Below, in pieces: positions 10,093 through 16,377 of a stretch of DNA of 64,000 nucleotides; the first letter of the stretch is position 1, and every line of letters begins with the position of its first letter. The notes under the pieces were generated by a model, which did no database searches, was not told the origin of the DNA, and saw only the letters and a program-made list of their open reading frames with translations. Location of the stretch: the sequence record MH221129.1; one strand, given 5' to 3'. A program made the position numbers and the translations under genes.

Positions 10093-10100
10093 TTAAAGAG

Positions 10101-10176
10101 CGAGCATGTGACAGGATTCGAACCTGCGAGATATCCGATTATGAGTCGGGCGTTAATTCCTCTAACTTCACTGCTC
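10101..10176 (-). tRNA. Degenerate tRNA-Met/Ile2-like (CAT)
   Basis: Good anticodon arm CCCGA-CT-CAT-AA-TCGGA and TTCGAAT T-loop. Acceptor stem is bulged, A at position 8, no CCA. Confidence 0.6.
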
Positions 10177-10177
10177 T

Positions 10178-10284
10178 TGCTTTGACCGGTCTCGAACCGG
10201 CGACCTTCCTCCGCAAGGGTGCTCCACTTTCGTGGATACATTCCCTTTTCTGGAGGGTGCTCTACCTACCTGAGCTACAAAGCC
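10178..10284 (-). tRNA. tRNA-like gene with a 41-nt structured insert replacing the anticodon loop
   Basis: Acceptor GCTTTG/CAAAGC, D-arm GCTC/GAGC, variable loop AGGTC, T-arm GCCGG-TTCGAGA-CCGGT; anticodon loop expanded. Confidence 0.7.
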
Positions 10285-10421
10285 ATTGTACCGTCAACAC
10301 TTGCTGTAGAAGTACCCATCCACAGCAGGGATGTGGGGGAACGCCCAGGCTTCCGCCCAGTCAAGTGAGGTACGAATCTTTCACTTCTGTCATCACTGAT
10401 GGTGACAACGCTCCCATTGTC
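10285..10421 (-). ncRNA. Candidate structured ncRNA between tRNA-Gln and the tRNA-like element
   Basis: Several hairpins, e.g. GACAATG/CGTTGTC and TGCTGTGGA/TCTACAGCA. Confidence 0.35.
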
Positions 10422-10496
10422 TGGCAGTGGCACCTGGATTCGAACCAGGGCATACCGGTATCAAAAACCGGGGCCTTACCGCTTGGCTATACCACT
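10422..10496 (-). tRNA. tRNA-Gln (TTG)
   Basis: Cloverleaf close to enterobacterial tRNA-Gln, CCGGT-TT-TTG-AT-ACCGG, CCA. Confidence 0.95.
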
Positions 10497-10499
10497 AAA

Positions 10500-10576
10500 T
10501 GGTTGTCTCGAGTGGACTTGAACCACCGACCTCCCGCTTATCAGGCGAGCGCTCTAACCAACTGAGCTACGAGACA
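10500..10576 (-). tRNA. tRNA-Ile (GAT)
   Basis: Cloverleaf, CTCGC-CT-GAT-AA-GCGGG, CCA. Confidence 0.95.
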
Positions 10577-10704
10577 TCTGAAAACTGGACCCGATTATTC
10601 CAATGCTGGTTATTCGCATTCGGGTCAACATACGACAATAGGGACTTTAACCCGTCTTCCTCATCCTCGGCTTATCGTGTTCCCGGAGATGTCTTCACAT
10701 AGAG

Positions 10705-10781
10705 TGGCAGGACTGACGGGACTCGAACCCGCGACCTCCGCCGTGACAGGGCGGCGTGAACTCCAACTTCACCACAGTCCT
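10705..10781 (-). tRNA. tRNA-Asp (GTC)
   Basis: Cloverleaf, CCGCC-CT-GTC-AC-GGCGG, CCA. Confidence 0.95.
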
Positions 10782-10785
10782 ACAA

Positions 10786-10866
10786 TGGGTGACACCCCTC
10801 CGAATTGCACGGAGTTCTCAAGGCTGCACAGGCTGAACGATTTACGTACCGCCACTCGGCTTGCCA
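10786..10866 (-). tRNA. Highly degenerate tRNA-like element (possibly His, GTG)
   Basis: T-like arm CTCCG-TGCAATT-CGGAG, loop CT-GTG-CA, ends in CCA; acceptor and anticodon stems imperfect. Confidence 0.35.
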
Positions 10867-10912
10867 GTCTTCATCCGCTGCTCATTGGCTGCAGGAGACA
10901 AGTGTCGTTGTT

Positions 10913-10987
10913 TGGTAGAGCGTACGGGATTTGAACCCGTGTGACAGCCTTGAAAGGGCTGTATCCTTACCGCTAGATGAACGCTCC
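10913..10987 (-). tRNA. tRNA-Glu (TTC)
   Basis: Cloverleaf, CAGCC-CT-TTC-AA-GGCTG, CCA. Confidence 0.95.
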
Positions 10988-10993
10988 GGTAAA

Positions 10994-11078
10994 TGGTGGC
11001 AGGTGAAGGACTCGAACCTACGAAGCCCGAAGGCCACAGATTTACAGTCTGCTCTCGTTGCCGCTTGAGTAACCTGCC
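10994..11078 (-). tRNA. tRNA-Tyr (GTA)
   Basis: Class II cloverleaf with long variable arm, GCAGA-CT-GTA-AA-TCTGT, CCA. Confidence 0.95.
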
Positions 11079-11085
11079 GAATACT

Positions 11086-11280
11086 TTATTCTTCGGGATT
11101 GTCGGTTGGGATGAATTTAATTTTCAAATCGACCAGCTGACCGTCTTCCTGACGAGTCCACTCCAGACTATCCACGCTACATAGGTTAATCCCCATTTGG
11201 TTCGGGATAACATCCAGCGGAAGTGGGGATTCTACTTTGCCGTCAACGATATCGGCGGCAGAAGCTTTGAAGTGTTCCAT
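11086..11280 (-). CDS. Small acidic hypothetical protein (64 aa) inside the tRNA cluster
   Basis: Strong SD GAGGAG, stop 7 nt before tRNA-Tyr. Confidence 0.7.
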   Translation of the reverse strand: MEHFKASAADIVDGKVESPLPLDVIPNQMGINLCSVDSLEWTRQEDGQLVDLKIKFIPTDNPEE

Positions 11281-11299
11281 GTAACTCTCCTCGTAATAG

Positions 11300-11441
11300 G
11301 TGCCGGTGCATCCCGGCTTGTGTACGGCGCACTCAGCTCCCTCGGGCTTATCTACAAGTACACGCTGCCAGGTGCACCGACATATACCACAATAACCTCG
11401 TTAGAAGTCACTCTGGTATTGCTCGTTGCATACTACTGTGG
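11300..11441 (-). ncRNA. Candidate structured RNA (multibranch unit plus long interrupted rod)
   Basis: Nested stems TCGGTGCA/TGCACCGG, CCTGGC/GCCGGG, GTGTAC/GTACAC; second unit closed by CCACAGTA/TATTGTGG. Confidence 0.45.
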
Positions 11442-11511
11442 TTTCACGTAAACGATTTCGCATCGGAATCCGAGTGCATATTAATTATACTAATTAACCC
11501 AAATTAATTTT

Positions 11512-11800
11512 TGAATGAGGGCGATGGACTTCTTCTTCTGAGCCCGGCCGTAAGGTCAGGTCTTAGCGTCTCCAAGCACCGCCCTCTTTCACATAACGCT
11601 GGTAGCGCTCTGGCTACCGGTGGTCGATACCACCCTAACACTGGGAACTCAATCCCATTCGGTCATCCAATTGTATTTTACAGGCGTAGCGAGGCGGCTT
11701 AATGGGCCGGTGCTTGCCTGTCCCCTAGGGACGGTTGTCGTGGAGACGCCAGTCTGTAAGTGGGGCCCTTGCGGGAAAACCCATCGCCTGTAAACCGAAC
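11512..11800 (-). ncRNA. Candidate ~290-nt multidomain ncRNA
   Basis: Three nested long-range helices and several internal hairpins; G-U extensions only on the minus strand. Confidence 0.6.
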
Positions 11801-11889
11801 GTGATTAAAATCCCAGAGTCTAATGCTGGCAATTAAGTCGGCAATAAACCTGAGGATTTCACGCATAATCATTTTCTCGTATCGAATGA

Positions 11890-12080
11890 GTCTATGACCG
11901 GGCAGATACCCAGCATCCTGTACGAGCGACCTGGTGCTTTGTGTATCTGGCTGCTACGGATTTACGGGTATACCGTAGGTCTACGCTGCGTACTGCTGCT
12001 CCCGGCCCATGTGGGACATCAACCCACACAGCCATCAGAAGGTTCACCAGTCATCCACCGTTCCCGTTGCAGCGGGCGCG
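11890..12080 (-). ncRNA. Candidate ~190-nt multibranch ncRNA
   Basis: Closing helix ATGACTGG/CCGGTCAT enclosing TGTGGG/CCCACA, CTACGG/CCGTAG and CAGATAC/GTATCTG stems. Confidence 0.5.
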
Positions 12081-12114
12081 TCAGAATTAGAGGAGGTGGG
12101 CCGAAGCCCACCGT

Positions 12115-12366
12115 TTAGCCTGCACAAAACGACTCATGGACAACACCTGCCGGCAAGTCAGTTCGACCGATACAAGTGACGCTCAGGCGTACGCCGTCAT
12201 CGCAGCCACAAATACACACGTCTTCGTAACACGAGCAGTTGTCAGCCCAATGACCGCTAGAGGGTGGAGTTGCGCGCGCAGCTTTCCGGTTAGGGGCAGC
12301 TACGACTATGGAATCAAACTCATCATAACTCACGCGGTCACGTCGTTCTAACAAATACAAATTCAT
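12115..12366 (-). CDS. Small phage hypothetical protein (83 aa)
   Basis: SD AGGAG; followed by hairpin GGTGGGC-TTCG-GCCCACC. Confidence 0.75.
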   Translation of the reverse strand: MNLYLLERRDRVSYDEFDSIVVAAPNRKAARATPPSSGHWADNCSCYEDVCICGCDDGVRLSVTCIGRTDLPAGVVHESFCAG

Positions 12367-12444
12367 GATATTCTCCTAAGCGAGCGTCTGCGGAGAGCAG
12401 ACAATATTGGCTTTTGGATATATCAAAATCTGTACGGCTAAAAG

Positions 12445-12520
12445 TGGCAGGGGAGACAGGGCTTGAACCTGCAACATTCGGTTTTGGAGACCGACGCTCT
12501 ACCAGTTGAACTACTCCCCC
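12445..12520 (-). tRNA. tRNA-Trp (CCA)
   Basis: Cloverleaf, TCGGT-CT-CCA-AA-ACCGA, CCA end. Confidence 0.95.
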
Positions 12521-12529
12521 AGAAATCTT

Positions 12530-13030
12530 TTACGTTTCAGGAACTATCACGATCTCCTGAACAGGTCCGCCGGTATTAACATCGAAGTGCATTGCAATCC
12601 GTACAGCTTCCGCTGCGCTAACACCTGCTGCCATTGCACCCATCGCGTATTCGGAACCACTTCCTACCGCAATCGGTGGTTGAACTTTTGCAAGCCAGGG
12701 AATCTCTTCGTCGCTGTACTGTCCGCCGGCATACACTTCGCCTGACTCGGTGATAACGATGTATTTCAGAGATTCACCTTTGATGAAACGGGTTGTTGAG
12801 TTTAGGCCGCTATAACCGACCATGACGCTTCGCAAAGCACCATGCACAATCTCCGTAGCACCCAAGCTACCCGCAACGCCGAAAGCAATCGCACGCTTAC
12901 CATCCACAACCCATTGCTCGTTGGACTCTGGGCGATAAATCTTTTTCGTGTTACTGTCCAGGCGTAGTGTGCCTGCAGTGAGTTGGGAATCCGATGCTAA
13001 CGTATTCCCGTCGAATGCTATCGTGGTCAT
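12530..13030 (-). CDS. HslV/proteasome-beta-like Ntn (Thr) peptidase
   Basis: N-terminal MTTIA..ASDSQ nucleophile motif and AVGSGSEYAMGAM signature. Confidence 0.75.
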   Translation of the reverse strand: MTTIAFDGNTLASDSQLTAGTLRLDSNTKKIYRPESNEQWVVDGKRAIAFGVAGSLGATEIVHGALRSVMVGYSGLNSTTRFIKGESLKYIVITESGEVYAGGQYSDEEIPWLAKVQPPIAVGSGSEYAMGAMAAGVSAAEAVRIAMHFDVNTGGPVQEIVIVPET

Positions 13031-13076
13031 GGTAATTCTCCGTTTGGTTTAACATACCCAACGGTTAAGCTGTAAA

Positions 13077-13466
13077 TTATCCGGCGCTCTGTGTTTCCAG
13101 GGTGGCTTTGTTGGCACGATACGCCAACTCGAGAAGCTTGCGGTTCCCCGTTTGAATAAAACCACCCACTGGGGTTGTCGACCGGATGTAACGCTGAATC
13201 GCCAACGTCAGTAATCCGGGAATGGCGTCCACAGCTGTGCACTCCGGCAGGATACGGTTCGCTTCGCAAAGCAGGTAACCGTACTGCGGTTTGAGTTTAA
13301 TCGCACAGGCAATCGCCGAGAGCGAAGGCATGGTCGAGAATTCGATGGCATCGGCGTGAACCTCCAGCCAAGACAACACCCCAGTTGGGTCCTGCAAGTG
13401 CGAGCCTTCGAGAAGACAGCGCAAGTCATCAACGGTCTTTTCCCCGATGAGTGTGAATTCTGACAT
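13077..13466 (-). CDS. Hypothetical protein (129 aa, MSEFTLIGEK...)
   Basis: Start reassigned to ATG 13466 (SD GGAG). Confidence 0.75.
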   Translation of the reverse strand: MSEFTLIGEKTVDDLRCLLEGSHLQDPTGVLSWLEVHADAIEFSTMPSLSAIACAIKLKPQYGYLLCEANRILPECTAVDAIPGLLTLAIQRYIRSTTPVGGFIQTGNRKLLELAYRANKATLETQSAG

Positions 13467-13493
13467 AGCAATCACTCCATGTTTGAATTTGGT

Positions 13494-14044
13494 TACAGCC
13501 AGATACCGACGTTTCACAACGGGGGTATCCACCCCTCTCGTCTTTCCGAGCCGCCAAGATTTTGACCACCTCCAGTTGGAGATCATCCCCCAAACCTGCG
13601 GTTCTACACGCAGGCCGCTATCGACGCAACGCCGAATCCTGGGTTTTGGCCAGGCCCCAGGGCGGTATATTCGGAACTACCGGAGGTAAGTTCAACGGCG
13701 TTTACCGAACTCCAGTCCCCTGGGGTTGCCACGGTCAACTCGGTTTTGTCATGGTTGCCGCCTACTGGCCGCGTGCCGACGTATCACGACGTCGACGACA
13801 CCGAGTACCTGAATGGGTGGTGTGCGATGGTTTCCCCGCCAACGCTCACCGGTTCTGTTTCCACGGCGAAGTTTCTCAGAACATACTAAACAAAAACCAA
13901 GTGTTAGATTGAGTTTTCGTTTTGTCGAAGGCACCCACGGCAGGTACTCTCGAAAAAACGTCCTGAGTAATCCACCCAGGACTGGAGCCCTGACTAGCAG
14001 GGTTTAAAAGCTGTTGTCCTTGGCGCGGTCAATCAGCTATTCGC
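13494..14044 (-). ncRNA. Candidate ~550-nt large ornate ncRNA
   Basis: 5'/3' ends complementary, 12-bp, 9-bp and 7-bp long-range helices, many hairpins, no credible ORF. Confidence 0.6.
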
Positions 14045-14339
14045 ATATAACAACAAACTCGTGTAAAAAAATTTCCGGCCAGGAGGAGCATGTCCAACCT
14101 CGAGGCCGGATAGCCACACAGCAGAGCGTCCCTCGGCGGGGACTTTGTCGAATCACTACAGGGAGTTTGTCGTGAGAATAAAAATCCGCCCTGGGGTCGG
14201 TGTGTTGCTTCGGGTCGACTTGTCAGAGTCTCGACGCCCAGGGAGGCGACCACCAACGCTACGGGTTTGTCTTGTGGGCATCGGAGTGTGGTCTAAGCAC
14301 ACTAAACCCCTGCCACGTAAAAAAACCGCAAACCGAATC

Positions 14340-14760
14340 CGGGTAGCCCCGGATCGAGATCAGGATCTCTTAATAAGGATCACGCGTTTAAGTAATACTA
14401 CTACGTAGTAGTATAATTATAATATTATTAATTATATCCCTACGGGATATATATTTAATTATATTATTTATATTCTTTTAAAAGATCCTGTAGGAAACGC
14501 GTGTGCACGCGGTAAAGGAGGGATTGAAAATCCCGCTAAGATCAGGATCGATCCTCTACCCCGCCGAAAGGCGGGTAAGTCTCTGTTTTAAAAAGAATTT
14601 TTGAGAATTAGGTTTATTAATCCCCTGGAGGGGAATTAACCAGGAAGTTTAACCCCAAAATAACCCTCGTAAGTAACCGACAGTGTGTGTCGGTTACAGA
14701 ACGATCCAGTTTAAATTTCCGAGATCGCACGAAGTGCTACCCAACGTTTGATCGTCCGGC
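14340..14760. other. Candidate replication origin / DNA control region
   Basis: ~80-bp AT-rich core, perfect 20-bp palindrome, 11 GATC sites, flanking 11-bp direct repeats, many inverted repeats. Confidence 0.45.
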
Positions 14761-15115
14761 GGTCGGCGAAGCGGCACGACGGTGGTGCTCAAGGCTCCTC
14801 AGACGCTCCACACGGGGTTAAACTGGGGTGAGGAACCCACATGTACCGGGTCTGACCTTGACGTGCTCAGAATGGATTCTGTGACGTTTTTAATGATTGG
14901 TCAAAAAATAAACAACCCGCACCCCTCGAGAGTGATTGTCACCCGCCCCAGCAAAAATAAATTCCCAAATTCCCATCCTAACACCCTCAAATTCTCACGT
15001 AACCAACCCTCTACGATTATCAAACTCAAAAAATGAGCTACCCTACTAACGATGACTTACATCGTCTCCTGATGCTTTCTACAGGCTTTAAAGCTGTTGG
15101 TTAAAAAGTGTACAA

Positions 15116-15149
15116 AAAACAAAAAAAGAAAGGGTGACCGAAGTCACCC
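15116..15149 (-). terminator. Intrinsic terminator
   Basis: GGGTGAC-UUCG-GTCACCC hairpin plus long U-tract. Confidence 0.8.
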
Positions 15150-15163
15150 CGATAGCATTTTAG

Positions 15164-15781
15164 TTAACGCTTCGTCATAGAGCTGACAAGATACAGTTGA
15201 CCTACGTGTCGATAGCCTAGCTTGACAATAGCTGCCCGTTGCTTGTCAGTTAGCGGGATTGTTGACCTCAGTGAAATATGAGCCAGGTCTTCCTGCTCAG
15301 CCTGCGGATAGCCACGTTCAATGACGACTGGGTCAGGGAAGTAAGCAGGTTTTTCATGGTCACAATAGACTACACCAGCGACTAAATGTCGAGTTTCTGC
15401 TAGTCGCTCTGATGACACCTCCCAAACATTGCTGATGAACGCGCTATCTGGTAATGTGATGCCGGGTGGAACGAGATATTCGTAAAAACCGTCTTTGTCA
15501 AGTTTGGTTACCCGACGTACGATGGTGTTAAACTCGTCTTGTGTTAAACGACCCTCCAGTAATACATAGCGACGATTCTGAAACTCGCGGCCACCTGAAA
15601 AGTGTTCGTAGATGTGAATCGGGTTGTTGCCGTTCTTGTCTTTGGTTTCGATGATGTAAATATCGTCAGGATGATAACGAATTAACTTCACCAGGCGTTC
15701 TTCAAATTGATTCCAGTTTTCAGCTTTTTCAACTTTGTACTGGCGAATCATTTCAACAGCGCCTTTAGCAAATCGTAACAT
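15164..15781 (-). CDS. Hypothetical protein (205 aa)
   Basis: SD AAGGAG, long ORF. Confidence 0.8.
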   Translation of the reverse strand: MLRFAKGAVEMIRQYKVEKAENWNQFEERLVKLIRYHPDDIYIIETKDKNGNNPIHIYEHFSGGREFQNRRYVLLEGRLTQDEFNTIVRRVTKLDKDGFYEYLVPPGITLPDSAFISNVWEVSSERLAETRHLVAGVVYCDHEKPAYFPDPVVIERGYPQAEQEDLAHISLRSTIPLTDKQRAAIVKLGYRHVGQLYLVSSMTKR

Positions 15782-15857
15782 GGTAAATACTCCTTAAGAG
15801 GTGATAGTCGAATAAAATAGGGTAGGCGTACTCCCCGAAGAGAGTACGCCTAAAGAC

Positions 15858-16367
15858 TTAACATTTGATGGTGTAGCCATCAATGCCCAAGTGGACTGGT
15901 TTAACCCATAACCCTGGCTCCCCGAAAATATTCAGGTCGTAAGTTTGGTAGTACATGATCTTTGGTGGAACATGTACGCCCATACGCTGCAAAAATTCCC
16001 ACACAGCGGTGTAGCGTTCGCGGGTAATAAACAACAGACCCGAGTCGAACCCTGAACCGATATCCAGGAAGTTACCCAGACTGCTGTCAAAGCTTGACAC
16101 ACCGTCTTGGGTGAGTGCGACCAACCCTTTAGTTAAATCTCTGTGGTTCTCAATAAACTCGCAAAGATCCACGATGGTGAATTGACCGTAAATACGACGG
16201 AGGACGGCAGCAACAGCCAAAATCTCGCTGGTATTTCCGTAGTCACCTAAAGGGTTATGGTCCATCATCGCAGTAATTATGCTTGTATCGCACAACTCCA
16301 TCAGGCGGGCGTCCCGGCACACTACCTGAAGGCGTTGTCCTACATGCATGGTTGGCGCAGTAAACAT
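15858..16367 (-). CDS. Hypothetical protein (169 aa, MFTAPTM...)
   Basis: Start reassigned to 16367 (SD AAGGAG). Confidence 0.75.
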   Translation of the reverse strand: MFTAPTMHVGQRLQVVCRDARLMELCDTSIITAMMDHNPLGDYGNTSEILAVAAVLRRIYGQFTIVDLCEFIENHRDLTKGLVALTQDGVSSFDSSLGNFLDIGSGFDSGLLFITRERYTAVWEFLQRMGVHVPPKIMYYQTYDLNIFGEPGLWVKPVHLGIDGYTIKC

Positions 16368-16377
16368 AGGAGGCTCC

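Noticed and set aside
10370-10400. Hammerhead-like GTGATGA...GAAA
   Set aside because: Core starts with G rather than C, stem II cannot form, and there is no matching stem III/UH site.
11624-11640. T-box-like word AGGGTGGTATCG
   Set aside because: It is sequestered in its own GGTGGT/ACCACC hairpin, with no Stem I or specifier loop and no terminator.
13467-13586. 5' extension of the 169-aa ORF 13077-13586
   Set aside because: A better SD and ATG lie at 13466; the extension overlaps the structured RNA.
13860-13930. tmRNA tag-like stretch (..AACGAAAAC..)
   Set aside because: No tRNA-like domain (GGGG 5' end, T-loop, CCA 3' end), and the reading frames do not give an Ala-rich tag.
11512-14044. 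RNase P or group II intron identity for the large RNAs
   Set aside because: RNase P CR-I/CR-V words (GAGGAAAGUCC, ACAxAACxxGGCUUA) and group II domain V or GUGYG boundary were not found in correct order.
14900-15110. Possible CRISPR or mini-array in the low-complexity intergenic region
   Set aside because: Only short irregular repeats (AAATTCCC twice), with no regular repeat-spacer period and no cas genes.
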